Shown here in pieces: positions 17,678-30,098 of a stretch of 64,000 nt of DNA. How positions within the stretch are numbered: position 1 is the first letter of the stretch; the number at the start of each line of letters is the position of its first letter. Under the pieces are notes generated by a model that saw nothing but the letters and a program-made list of their open reading frames with translations, made no database searches and had not been told where the DNA came from. The translations under genes and the position numbers were made by a program. Origin of the DNA: Flectonema sp. DT1601 (taxonomy: Eukaryota); NCBI GenBank assembly GCA_964019425.1, contig OZ025793.1, forward strand, positions 248,001 through 312,000. Direction: 5' to 3'.

Positions 17678-19903
17678 CTACCATTCACGATGCCTTAAAT
17701 GCGCTCTTAAATACTTGTTAACACCAGTAGGTCCGTAAGCGTGTTGGTGTAGTCTCGGCTTTTTGAGTTGCTTGTCAGTTGTTTTACAAGAGTCTGGACA
17801 CGTATTATATTGAGTTGGCCATCCAGCAGCATCAACTTCAGTAGCACACCAAGACTTTGATCGTTCGCGGGGAACACATGCCGTAATTGTTTTATTATCA
17901 ACTCCGAATTCCTCGAGGCAGACATTACCTTCGATAGTGACGCAGGGTGATGGTTCAGTTCCTGGTTGACGTACGCATGCTCCGAAGTATTTCCATGTGG
18001 AATCCCAGTAGTCACACTGCTCTTTTTGATAATTATTCTGAACGTGGACATTACGTCCAATAATTAGAGTACTCCTATCACTCAGGGTGTACATTGGCCA
18101 TTTGGGTAGCTCTTCATTGTTTGGGTTGTGATTCCTCGCAAAGTTACCCCAATATGTCATCATCATGTTCGATACCCTGCCAGGTCTATTTCCATAAAGA
18201 AATGGAATTTCAGACGAATGAACCGATCTCGGTGAAAGAGGATTTACAAATACACCTGAGAATACAATACCTCCCAACTCAACAAGTTTTTTATTCGTTC
18301 TACGGGCTGGACAAGTATACGCAAAGTCAGTTTCTGCGGCGCTTGCAGCGTAGAAGAATTCATTAGCGACTTTATCCCTTCTGGAGGAGTAGTTCTTAGG
18401 CTTGTATAATAATTTAATGGCTGTACCAGCGTCTGTGTTTGTGTCGGATGGTTTCCTAAACATTGTATTCAACCATTTGAGCCACTGAGAAGGAGATGGA
18501 AAGTACGGAACGTGTTCAACGAAGTCAAACCCGTCATCAGTCGTCTGAAAATTTAGAACTGGCACAGTTTTGGTGTTACTTTCTGCCATTTTCTTCCAAG
18601 GGTACTTATCTTGGAAGACACCATCAATTACTGGTGCCCAAGAACAACCATCTCTACAGTTAACCTGACGTATGTTGCTAGATGACCCAATCTGCCAGGA
18701 TGATTTCTGTTGTAGGCAACGGACGACCATCTCATCCGAACCGCTGCAGTTTAATGAACGGGCGATAGTTTTGAAATTTGTTGACGCGGCTTTCATTGGC
18801 TGTGCTATCCAATTAGAAAAACTTCCGCTGTGAAGAGCAACAGAACTAAACAGACCTTTAGATGAAGGAGTCACTAAGTGTATCGAAATAGAACCAGCTC
18901 CAGCAGACTGACCAAACAACATAACTCTGTTTGGATTTCCTCCATAGCTGGCTATGTTACGATGAATCCAATGTAAGACCATTTGTTGATCCTGAATTCC
19001 ATAATTACCTGTTGTATTAGTAGTCGGATCTCTGAGAAGCGGATGACCTAAGAACCCAAAAGCAGCAAGTCGATACTCAGCTGTCACAACAATCGCATTT
19101 GCAGTTCGAGAAAGATGATCTGCGTGGTAGCGTTTTGAACCCGCACCCCAATCAGTACCCCAACCCCACGAATAACAACCACCGTGAATCCAGTACATAA
19201 CTGGGATGGCAGTATTGGTATTGTTGTTTTTGAGTACCTTCCCAGGTACGAATATATTTAAATATAAACAATCTTCAGATCCTTTACCTGTCGCATCAGT
19301 GCAACCAACACGAAACTCTGATGCTCGTAACTCTCCTTCCCAGTCAGGAGTCGCTGCAGGTGACCTCCAGCGGAGGTTACCAACTGGAGGTTTAGCATAA
19401 GGGATACCAAGAAACCTGACTATATTTGATTCTATAGGTGATCTATGACCAGATATTACTCCTTGAGGTGTGCTGATTACGAATTCTGAGAATGTTGGAT
19501 CTGAACCAGTAGCATTCCTAAAGACTATAGCTAATATTATTACAACAATACTAATAATTGATGTGACGGTTAAGCATCCAGCTAGTCGACTTCTATTCGC
19601 TTGGTGGATAACTTTAAACTCATCTGATGTAGTTAATGTTTTAGTACTATCATCAGGATCTTTACCTTCTTGTAAAGCTTTTAGTCCCGCTTCGTAGAAC
19701 AGCTCTCTCTTTTCGTATAGATCGCCGTAAGTCTCTTGTTCTTGCTCTGTTAGTGTTTCGGAATCTTTTTTCTTTTGTAGTGAGTCGAGGTGATGTTCTT
19801 CTTCTCTCGTCCATGCGTCTTCTTCCACTTCTATTTCTGAAATCTCAACAGGCATGTCATACAGCTTACTATTCTTCCTACAGGACGGTGAGCCTGACAT
19901 CAA
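17678..19903 (-). CDS. Type II membrane type-B carboxylesterase with N-terminal WTR domain and C-terminal fibronectin-type-II-like module
   Basis: Motifs FLGIPYAKPP, SEDCLYLN, WIHGG, FGQSAG and HSSEI. TM is LTVTSIISIVVIILAIVF. Tail is CLEEF..TITAC..SWCATEVD..YNTC. Confidence 0.93.
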   Translation of the reverse strand: MMSGSPSCRKNSKLYDMPVEISEIEVEEDAWTREEEHHLDSLQKKKDSETLTEQEQETYGDLYEKRELFYEAGLKALQEGKDPDDSTKTLTTSDEFKVIHQANRSRLAGCLTVTSIISIVVIILAIVFRNATGSDPTFSEFVISTPQGVISGHRSPIESNIVRFLGIPYAKPPVGNLRWRSPAATPDWEGELRASEFRVGCTDATGKGSEDCLYLNIFVPGKVLKNNNTNTAIPVMYWIHGGCYSWGWGTDWGAGSKRYHADHLSRTANAIVVTAEYRLAAFGFLGHPLLRDPTTNTTGNYGIQDQQMVLHWIHRNIASYGGNPNRVMLFGQSAGAGSISIHLVTPSSKGLFSSVALHSGSFSNWIAQPMKAASTNFKTIARSLNCSGSDEMVVRCLQQKSSWQIGSSSNIRQVNCRDGCSWAPVIDGVFQDKYPWKKMAESNTKTVPVLNFQTTDDGFDFVEHVPYFPSPSQWLKWLNTMFRKPSDTNTDAGTAIKLLYKPKNYSSRRDKVANEFFYAASAAETDFAYTCPARRTNKKLVELGGIVFSGVFVNPLSPRSVHSSEIPFLYGNRPGRVSNMMMTYWGNFARNHNPNNEELPKWPMYTLSDRSTLIIGRNVHVQNNYQKEQCDYWDSTWKYFGACVRQPGTEPSPCVTIEGNVCLEEFGVDNKTITACVPRERSKSWCATEVDAAGWPTQYNTCPDSCKTTDKQLKKPRLHQHAYGPTGVNKYLRAHLRHREW

Positions 19904-20230
19904 TCTGCGACTGTGGTGAGAAATATAAAATAATTATCTCTTCAACTGTCCTTTATCACACAATTATGAAGTCACTCTGCCAAACGTAAGAAAAACGAAA
20001 AACAAACTAAATAATCGCTAATAACGTTATGTATCGTAAAAAAGGCTTTACAGAGTTTAGGTGGGCAGTTGGTGTCGCAAACTCGATAATTAAATCGGCA
20101 CAAAACAACAATAAATAATTTTTAACTACGCTGAGGCAACAACGTAAATGGGGAGTACTTTCGGAAATTAGAATAAGCACTCACACGTTAGCGCGGTGGT
20201 TATCAATAATAGAGAAAAGGACTACCATCA

Positions 20231-20575
20231 TTACAGGTACAAGACTAGTAGCACAGCGGAACCTGTTGTCAATAAGATTATGACAGATGCAACAAAACAG
20301 TACTGAATTTTCTTTTTACGACTACCTAACATCGATTTGTCATCATGGTCTGATTTTGCACCCCTCAAAACAGTCATTCCTGCTTCATAAAATATCTCTC
20401 TCTTCGCGATCAAATCACTCATTTCTATCTCTTCTTCACTTGATAGTGGAGTAGAGGTGTTAGTGGTGTAATTGTTTTGAAGCTCTTCTAGTCTGTGTTC
20501 ATCTTCTCTAGTCCATGCGTCATTGTCCATCTCAACGACCTCATTGGCCATTCCATCTGTGTTTCTATTTAACAT
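20231..20575 (-). CDS. Small tail-anchored protein with WTR domain
   Basis: DAWTREDEHRLEELQ..LSSEEEIEMSDLIAKREIFYEAGMTVL is homologous to the esterase N-terminus. C-terminal TM. Confidence 0.85.
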   Translation of the reverse strand: MLNRNTDGMANEVVEMDNDAWTREDEHRLEELQNNYTTNTSTPLSSEEEIEMSDLIAKREIFYEAGMTVLRGAKSDHDDKSMLGSRKKKIQYCFVASVIILLTTGSAVLLVLYL

Positions 20576-20745
20576 GTATATCAGGTATCCCTTCCTGTGG
20601 TAATTACATAAAAGAGAATTGTAATAAACAAATAATTCATCGGATAATATAAATGTTTGAAATCCCCCCGTCTAAAAAAGGGGAAGGCTGTACAATAACA
20701 ATAACAAGATGGACCATAACTGGTACATGTGTTTAATAATAAAAT

Positions 20746-21231
20746 CTAAACTGATGGCTGGATTCTAACATCATCACCTCCGTACATACGTCGTAAAGAT
20801 TTCACTGATGGGTTTGGTGTGGCTATGACACACATTGAAGGTGGTGGAGGTGGACCAGAAAGCCTCGCTGTCTTCACCTGAATTGCGAGTTCTTGAATTC
20901 GTTCAGACTCCACCTCTTCCTCAATAAAGTTCGACTCCTCTTCTTCTTCAAAAGCTGACATTCTTTGCATGTGTGCTTCATGAAGTCTGCTGGCATTGGG
21001 GCTAATGAGAAGCTCTTCTCCTTCATAGCCAGCTACTCTTGATATCAGTCTTCTGTTGGCCATAATTTTAATAAGTGATTGGAGCTGAGTCGAACACCAA
21101 CTTGACCATTCTTCTTCAAGAGTTGAAAATTTTAAAAACAAGACGTCGTTTCGGATATCTCCAACAGCCTCAGCAAGATCAAGAACGTGAATAATAAAGT
21201 CATTAACCCAACTGTCGTTTTTTGGGATCAT
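20746..21231 (-). CDS. Hypothetical protein with Costars-like winged-helix segment and polyproline; paralog of 59991..60515
   Basis: Strong amino-acid similarity to 59991..60515 with many synonymous differences. The Costars similarity was judged by eye. Confidence 0.85.
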   Translation of the reverse strand: MIPKNDSWVNDFIIHVLDLAEAVGDIRNDVLFLKFSTLEEEWSSWCSTQLQSLIKIMANRRLISRVAGYEGEELLISPNASRLHEAHMQRMSAFEEEEESNFIEEEVESERIQELAIQVKTARLSGPPPPPSMCVIATPNPSVKSLRRMYGGDDVRIQPSV

Positions 21232-21551
21232 TTTTTTTTTTTTTTTTTTTAATTACTCCAATAGTCTACAAGTGAAATATTTAAAAAAAAAAATTGAAAA
21301 ATAATAATACAAAAAAACGAAAATTTTCGGCAAGATGTGAGAAGTATCTACTTTAAAGAAGAAAAGGAAAAAAAAAAAAAAACACAAAACTGAATAAAAC
21401 AAAACAACTTAAAGTATTTGTTAAACGAAGTTAATCTAATACATAGTCATCTCTAATCACGGAGGACGTAATTGGGTAAACTGGACTTGTCTGGTTCCTC
21501 AGTAGCAGCTCAGTTTTAATATCAATCTTCGGATAGGACGACTTTAGTTTA

Positions 21552-21890
21552 TTAATTTATTGAGATGATATTATTCCTATTCTGTGGAAAGTAGAGATAT
21601 GCTCCTCCAGAAAGAAACATCAGAATCGAAACTATGGTCATAAATAGCAGAAGCCTACCCCGAGTCTGAGCTCGTTTTTCATTTCTCGTCATTTTTCGTT
21701 TGCGAGTTGGAAGTGAGTTTGATAGGGCTCTCATTCCCTGTTCTAGAAATTCTTTTTGCAAAGCAACAAGTGAATCGTATTCGCTTTCTTCTTCGAGTGA
21801 TAGTTCTTCTCCATCGTCCTTTCGTCGTTGCAAAGAGTTCAGTTTGTGTTCGTTATCACGTGTCCATTCAGCATCCTGCACGCCTGACAT
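21552..21890 (-). CDS. Small single-pass membrane protein with WTR domain
   Basis: EWTRDNEHKLNSLQ..LSLEEESEYDSL..KEFLEQGMRAL, then a basic linker and a TM. Confidence 0.85.
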   Translation of the reverse strand: MSGVQDAEWTRDNEHKLNSLQRRKDDGEELSLEEESEYDSLVALQKEFLEQGMRALSNSLPTRKRKMTRNEKRAQTRGRLLLFMTIVSILMFLSGGAYLYFPQNRNNIISIN

Positions 21891-22662
21891 TTGTGATGAT
21901 CTTTTTTAGAAAAAAAAAATTAATTTACACGGTCTTCACAAAGAAACAACTCTTCCCAACATTACTGCTTTACTGTTTTATATGTAATGCTGGACTGTCA
22001 GGGAAGAAGAAAAAAAAAAAAAAAGTTGGGGAGGAGAAAGAAAAAAAAAAAAGAACTTACCACTGCAGGGGTTATCTTTATTTTGAATCAGAAGGAATAT
22101 TAACTGGAGAGCTACAGGAAGCTCAAAAGTGAAAACATCAGGATGATGAAAAAGTTCGGTAATAAAACAATTCTTTTTACTGGACAAGAAGACTTCGGAA
22201 GGTAACTGAACACATCCGGCGGTCTTCAAGTGGAGGGGCAGATTCCAACTTCGATCAGAGGTCTCTACGCTCCGTAAACAAGTAAGAGGGGGTAAGTTGA
22301 TACTGTATTTTCAAGCTCAAAGAAACAGGGGGAAAAAAAAAAAAAAAGAAAAATGTTAGAATAAGCAAAGAAAATTAGAATTTTAAAAAAAAAAAAAATT
22401 TCACTTATTTTTTTTTATTTACGAAGCCTAGGAAGCCAAAATTCAGGAAACGCTCAACAGGGGTAACAGTCAGATCACTACCAGCAACCGCGAGACTCTT
22501 CACAGAGGATAAGAAACGTCGAATAACCTGAAACAAATGACTACCTAAACCCACCACCCGCGCGAGCAGACAGTGTTAAGAGACGGCTGATAACACCATT
22601 TTTCGTCAAAGAGAGGGAAAACATGCCACATTAGATCAGCAGTATACTCCAAAAACTAGAAC

Positions 22663-22698
<36 letters not shown>

Positions 22699-23255
22699 TC
22701 AAGAAGCCCATTCCAACAACGAATAATAATAAAAAAAACTGAAAACAGATTTTTTTTTTAAATTATTATTTTATGGAACAGCATAAGAAAGGAGAGGATG
22801 AAAATATATATATAAAGAAAAAAAGACAATAGCATTTAACCCGAAGAAATGCAAAAGGTATTTATAATAAAATAAAACGTGTAGGTAGACAATAAAATTA
22901 GAATAAATCACTCAGAGTGTCGATTCTTATTTTATTGGTTGGCTGAAAGTCCAAAAACAGGACTCAGTAGGACGAAACAATATTAGAAAGAAAATAAAGC
23001 GCAACCCCTGCTCGTGGGAAAAAAAAAAAAAAAAAAAAAAAACAGAAAGGAAATATTTGTTTATAGAATAAATCACACACACAGGCGTTAGAAAAAGCGC
23101 AAAAAAGAACCTTCCACAATCACAAACAAAACCACGTCTTAGAAGCGCATTGTTTTTCTTAACACCGAATGAGCAGAAAAAGCAATTTTGAGAACGACAG
23201 AAGAAAGGGGAAGGGACAAAGGGAGGAAGGAGAAAAAATAAACACATACTGCAAC

Positions 23256-23290
<35 letters not shown>

Positions 23291-23499
23291 AAAACTAAAA
23301 AGAAACGAGAGATGCGTCACGACTCCTACAAAAGGTTCTAACTTGAGTGCCTAGATTAGCTTTATATTAACAGGGACTCCTTCACATAATATAGAATATA
23401 TCGTAAAAATAAATTCAGAAAAAGTTAAGTCTCAACGGCTACAATGAAATCAAACATGATTTGAATTTCAGAATGCAGTTAAAAAAGGGGGAAAGAAGG

Positions 23500-23533
<34 letters not shown>

Positions 23534-24033
23534 GTTTGATTCGAGTCTGTTCTCGCCAAAGTAACGTTAAAAAGACTGGTTTGACATACGCTTGAAAAAG
23601 AAAATGTGCATCACCAAGATTGAATTACAAGTTAGAACACAACCGAGTCAACAAGTGTACTTTACCTCAAATCCTTTTCTAATAAATCGGGATCGGGCTG
23701 TGCTGCAACCTCAGGGAGTTGACACATACACCTACACACCCATTTATTGAATATAAATTGCACAAACAATCACGTGAATTTTGCGGTATGACACGTTAGT
23801 TAAAAATAAAAATAAAATATAAAAAAAAAACATTATTAGCAATTGTGTTACCCAACAGCTCTAGTGTTGTATTCAAAAGAAAAATAAAAGGGGAAAAATA
23901 AAAGACGACGAAAGAAACACCTAAAAGAGCTACATTCGGTTCCCACTTTCTTAATTGAAGGAATGCTCGTCCAAAACAGGTTGTAACTTTGTTGTCATTT
24001 AATAAGCATTTATAAATCAAGTAGGCATCATAA

Positions 24034-27000
24034 TTAGACGCAGGTGTAATAACCGTTCACAAATTCACAATGTTGAGTGGTGTTGCAAATAGCTTTACCA
24101 CAGACACCAGTAGGGACTGTTGAAGTACAAGAATAAGTTCCGTTTTTAAGGAACTCACAGTATTCGTGTGGCTGACAAATGAAAGCTCCACAAGTGGCAC
24201 CAATCGGAGCAGCGACACACTCATCAACTCCGTTGACTACTTCACAGAATTCATGCGGAGCACACAAGTGAGTACCACACGCGAATCCACTGTTTCCGAC
24301 ACAAGTAAGGGTTCCGTTGATCTGTTCACATACTTCGTTGATAGTGCACTCGACGTCACCACACTTAGTTCCTGCTGAAAGGTCAACACATGAATACACG
24401 TTGTTAATGTAGTCACAGATTTCATGAGGAAGGCAGACTTGGTTACCACATACAAAAGTTGTTGAATTACCAGGGTTTGGAAGACAAAAGAAAATTCCTC
24501 CAGCAAACTCACAGTACTCCTTATCAGTGCAGGTGTAAGTACCACAGTTAGCACCAGTAGGTGGAATAGTGCAGTAGTAGTCTCCATTATCATACTCACA
24601 AACTTCAATACCATGACACTCTTGTTTACCACATAGTATCCCAGGGATAATTGCAACGCATACATAAGTTCCATTAGCAAAGTCACAAAACTCATCATGT
24701 GCACAAGTCACGTTACCACATGAACCTGGTGCAGTAGTGTTTGAAGCACACTTGTAACTACCGTTGAAGAAGTCACAGTACTCGTGTGGCTGACAAATGA
24801 AAGCTCCACAAGTGGCACCAATCGGAGCAGCGACACACTCATCAACTCCGTTGACTACTTCACAGAATTCATGCGGAGCACACAAGTGAGTACCACACGC
24901 GAATCCACTGTTTCCGACACAAGTAAGGGTTCCGTTGATCTGTTCACATACTTCGTTGATAGTGCACTCGACGTCACCACACTTAGTTCCTGCTGAAAGG
25001 TCAACACATGAATACACGTTGTTAATGTAGTCACAGATTTCATGAGGAAGGCAGACTTGGTTACCACATACAAAAGTTGTTGAATTACCAGGGTTTGGAA
25101 GACAAAAGAAAATTCCTCCAGCAAACTCACAGTACTCCTTATCAGTGCAGGTGTAAGTACCACAGTTAGCACCAGTAGGTGGAATAGTGCAGTAGTAGTC
25201 TCCATTATCATACTCACAAACTTCAATACCATGACACTCTTGTTTACCACATAGTATCCCAGGGATAATTGCAACGCATACATAAGTTCCATTAGCAAAG
25301 TCACAAAACTCATCATGTGCACAAGTCACGTTACCACATGAACCTGGTGCAGTAGTGTTTGAAGCACACTTGTAACTACCGTTGAAGAAGTCACAGTACT
25401 CGTGTGGCTGACAAATGAAAGCTCCACAAGTGGCACCAATCGGAGCAGCGACACACTCATCAACTCCGTTGACTACTTCACAGAATTCATGCGGAGCACA
25501 CAAGTGAGTACCACACGCGAATCCACTGTTTCCGACACAAGTAAGGGTTCCGTTGATCTGTTCACATACTTCGTTGATAGTGCACTCGACGTCACCACAC
25601 TTAGTTCCTGCTGAAAGGTCAACACATGAATACACGTTGTTAATGTAGTCACAGATTTCATGAGGAAGGCAGACTTGGTTACCACATACAAAAGTTGTTG
25701 AATTACCAGGGTTTGGAAGACAAAAGAAAATTCCTCCAGCAAACTCACAGTACTCCTTATCAGTGCAGGTGTAAGTACCACAGTTAGCACCAGTAGGTGG
25801 AATAGTGCAGTAGTAGTCTCCATTATCATACTCACAAACTTCAATACCATGACACTCTTGTTTACCACATAGTATCCCAGGGATAATTGCAACGCATACA
25901 TAAGTTCCGTTAGCAAAGTCACAAAACTCATCATGTGCACAAGTCACGTTACCACATGAACCTGGTGCAGTAGTGTTTGAAGCACACTTGTAACTACCGT
26001 TGAAGAAGTCACAGTACTCGTGTGGCTGACAGATGAAGGTGCCGCAAGTGGCACCAATCGGGGTAGAGAGACACTCATCAACTCCGTTGACTACTTCGCA
26101 GACCTCATGCGGAGCACAGAAGTGAGTACCACACGCGAATCCACTGTTTCCGACACAAGTAAGGGTTCCGTTGATCTGTTCACATACTTCGTTGATAGTG
26201 CACTCGACGTCACCACACTTAGTTCCTGCTGAAAGGTCAACACATGTATACACGTTGTTAATGTAGTCACAGATTTCATGAGGAAGGCAGACTTGGTTAC
26301 CACATACAAAAGTTGTTGAATTACCAGGGTTTGGAAGACAAAAGAAAGTTCCTCCAGCAAACTCACAGTACTCCTTATCAGTGCAGGTGTAAGTACCACA
26401 GTTAGCACCAGTAGGTGGAATAGTGCAGTAGTAGTCTCCATTATCATACTCACAGACATCCGTACCGTAACACGTCTTATTACCACAAGGAATCCCAGGG
26501 CCAAAAGTCACACAAACGTAAAGACCATTTTCGAATTCACAAGACTCGTGAGGAAGACAAATCGTATTGCCACAGCTAGAACCAGAAGTGCTGTTGGAGG
26601 TGCATTGGTAGGCACCGCCGTAAAATTCGCAAAATTCATGAGGCTGACAGGTGAAATTTCCACAAGTTCCATTAGTTGTGACTGGAGCACACGTGTAGAT
26701 GCCATTAAGGACTTCACATACTTCGTGAGCAGCACATGTTTGGTTTCCACAACTGAAGATTGGATCCACAGGAATACAGATATAGTGATTATTATAATAT
26801 TCACAAACCTCATTAGAATAACAAGTAGTAGTACCACATTGTGTTGTCGTCTTATTAGCAGGAACGTCAGGAACACAGTAGTAGTCGTCATTAAATTTTT
26901 CACAAACCTCATGAGACAAACAAGCCTGTGACCCACAAAGCTTCATCGGATCTCGGACACATTCGTACTTTCCGTTGACGAAGTCACAAAGTTGATCTGC

Positions 27001-30000
27001 AGTGCAATTGCTTGACCCACACGGGATTCCAACAGGAATCCGTGGCCTACCTCCTCCACAAGCACAACAGGCTTTGTTTGCAACCAGCGGTTGAAGTGGT
27101 GGCCAAGCACCATAATCACCATAGTCCTTACACAGCACATAGCGTCCATAATTAAAACAGTTAAAAAAAGCACTATCAGAATCGTGCCAAACAGTATCAC
27201 CCTTTCCATCACCGTTAACATCTGCCAGTATATCAATACAGTTGTCGTAAGAAGACAAAACCCTTATTGGTGATCTCTGTTTTATGGCATCTGTTTTATT
27301 GTTGTTGATAGATAGGTTAAAGTTTAAGAAACACTGACTTCTTCATATGCACTTCTGCAAGAATCCAAATTAAGTAGCAAAACTAAAATATAAACTGAAT
27401 CGATTAAAACTCATTACTGGTCGTATATAAAGGACATGAATAACAATAATTGTTTAAGCATTAATTAATTAGAATCTTGGAACAAAGGGAGTATCCTGAC
27501 TACTGCACTGAAGTGGCAACAGCCAGGGCTGAGGAGTTCCTCTTCTCAAAACAAGGCAGAGATTGGTTTTCATGACTCTCGCAACCCTCCAACGCCTCTC
27601 AGGGATGTCTTCCCGACGAGAAGGGTTAATTAAAAGTTGCTCTTTGTTTGTTTTTTCTTCTTTCCATATATTCAAGAATGATCTCCGAAGTGTTTCCCGC
27701 TGGAGAGAATACTTTCAACTCAACCCAGCAGAATTGCACTCCGTTCTACACGTGAACAGCAGTTTCTCGCAAACTCGACCAGACGAGAATCAAATAATAT
27801 TATGATCTTTGACAACAGAGAGAGACCTCTGCAGCACAACAACAGCTGCAGGTCCTTGGGAGCCGTCACTACGAAAACAGGTTTCAGAGAGAGAGAGTGT
27901 GTGTGTGTGTGTGTGTGTTATTTGATGAAAGAGTATGTAGGATCACACCAAGGCACAGTAAACACATTTCAGAATAGTGTAGATGTGCTGGTTAAATGTG
28001 ATTCTTACTTTGCTATTGCGCGGTTGATAATACTGTTGAATTGAGATCGGGCTCAGTGCAATCAGCCTGTCCAGCGCTTGCATTAGATTCCCATCACTGT
28101 GAGGTCACTTTGATATTTATCAATCTTGGAACAAAGGGAGTATCCTGACTACTGCACTGAAGTGGCAACAGCCAGGGCTGAGGAGTTCTTCTTCTCAAAA
28201 CAAGGCAGATTACAGATTGCTTTCACAAAAGCAAGTGAGTGTACGACACGCAGGCAGATGGCGACAGAAAGCATACAAACGACTACAATGAAGTTGGGAA
28301 TAACAGAGAGCTCAGAGAATGTCAACGCTGTGTAGAATTACGAAAGTATCCGCAACACCCTTTTCGGGATTCGGAGTCCAGTGCCCTGGTATAATTCTAT
28401 CATCATAGCAACAGGAAGATTAAAACAAGTGATTGGAATCTTGGAACAAAGGGAGTATCCTGACTACTGCACTGAAGTGGCAACAGCCAGGGCTGAGGAG
28501 TTCCTCCCCCTCAAAACAAGGCAGAGATTGGTTTTCATGACTCTCGCAACCCTCCAACGCCTCTCAGAGATGTCTTCCCGACGAGAAGGGTTAATTAAAA
28601 GTTGCTCTTTGTTTGTTTTTTCTTCTTTCCATATATTCAGGAATGATCTCCGAAGTGTTTCCCGCTGGAGAGAATACTTTCAACTCAACCCAGCAGAATT
28701 GCACTCCGTTCTACACGTGAACAGCAGTTTCTCGCAAACTCGACCAGACGAGAATCAAATAATAATATGATCTTTGACAACAGAGAGAGACCTCTGCAGC
28801 ACAACAACAGCTGCAGGTCCTTGGGAGCCGTCACTACGAAAACAGGTTTCAGAGAGAGAGAGTGTGTGTGTGTGTTATTTGATGAAAGAGTATGTAGGAT
28901 CACACCAAGGCACAGTAAACACATTTCAGAATAGTGTAGATGTGCTGGTTAAATGTGATTCTTACTTTGCTATTGCGCGGTTGATAATACTGTTGAATTG
29001 AGATCGGGCTCAGTGCAATCAGCCTGTCCAGCGCGTTTATTCAATCATGAGATTCGTCAAACTTTTACACCTCAGTTTATGACATCACACAAGTTACGCG
29101 AGACATCGTCCCCTTACATTAATTATAATATACGAGAACTAAACCACAGGTATCTAGGACCTCCTTACGATGCGTTATGAAATTAGTAGTCCACCACATC
29201 CTGCCAAGTAAGTCCATTTACTGTTGAAGGAGGCATTAGTATAGAATAAAGGACAAAACAAGTGATTGGAATCTTGGAACAAAGGGAGTATCCTGACTAC
29301 TGCACTGAAGTGGCAACAGCCAGGGCTGAGGAGTTCCTCCTCCTCAAAGCAAGGCAGAGATTGGTTTTCATGACTCTCGCAACCCTCCAACGCCTCTCAG
29401 AGATGTCTTCCCGACGAGAAGGGTTAATTAAAAGTTGCTCTTTGTTTGTTTTGTCTTCTTTCCATATATTCAAGAATGATCTCCGAAGTGTTTCCCGCTG
29501 GAGAGAATACTTTCAACTCAACCCAGCAGAATTGCACTCCGTTCTGCACGTGAACAGCAGTTTCTCGCAAACTCGACCAGACGAGAATCAAATAATATTA
29601 TGATCTTTGACAACAGAGAGAGACCTCTGCAGCACAACAACAGCTGCAGGTCCTTGGGAGCCGTCACTACGAAAACAGGTTTCAGAGAGAGAGAGTGTGT
29701 GTGTGTGTGTTATTTGATGAAAGAGTATGTAGGATCACACCAAGGCACAGTAAACACATTTCAGAATAGTGTAGATGTGCTGGTTAAATGTGATTCTTAC
29801 TTTGCTATTGCGCGGTTGATAATACTGTTGAATTGAGATCGGGCTCAGTGCAATCAGCCTGTCCAGCGCTTGCATTAGATTCCCATCACTGTGAGGTCAC
29901 TTTGATATTTATCAATCTTGGAACAAAGGGAGTATCCTGACTACTGCACTGAAGTGGCAACAGCCAGGGCTGAGGAGTTCCTCTTCTCAAAGCAAGGCAG

Positions 30001-30098
30001 CACCAAAGTGAATGAAAAACAGAAAACATGAATGACATACCCATGGGAACCGCAGTAGCCAATGCTGCGAGTGACAACAACGATAAGAATTGACGCAT
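24034..30098 (-). CDS. Secreted Cys-rich repeat protein; 2 exons (30098-30041, 27290-24034); the 2750-nt intron hosts snoRNA cluster 2
   Basis: The long ORF has no ATG start. The upstream exon encodes the signal peptide MRQFLSLLSLAALATAVPM. Its phase-1 donor G|GTATGT matches acceptor AAAACAG|AT, giving ..PM-D-AIKQRSPIRVLSSYDNC. A WHDSD..ANKACCACGGG module is followed by about 30-aa CGxxxCxxxExCxxxNGxYxC repeats. Confidence 0.88.
24160..26460. repeat. Coding tandem repeat with a 618-bp (206-aa) unit, about 3.7 near-identical copies
   Basis: Identical shadow ORFs at 24166, 24784 and 25402, and a slightly diverged one at 26020. Confidence 0.95.
27472..30000 (-). repeat. snoRNA cluster 2 (intronic), with reshuffled module order
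   Basis: Same CD-1, CD-2 and HA-1 to HA-5 modules as 8707-10799, with only scattered substitutions and microsatellite length changes. Confidence 0.9.

Noticed and set aside
22141..22215. Plus-strand ATGATGA...CTGA with an 11-nt stretch complementary to an LSU-like CCUUCCGAAGU
   Set aside because: Single copy on the apparently non-transcribed strand with no clear C'/D' boxes. It is compatible with chance; stranded small-RNA data would settle it.
24166..27273. Antisense and alternative-frame ORFs in the Cys-rich gene and in the GC-rich gene copies
   Set aside because: Shadow ORFs caused by the repeat structure and codon bias.
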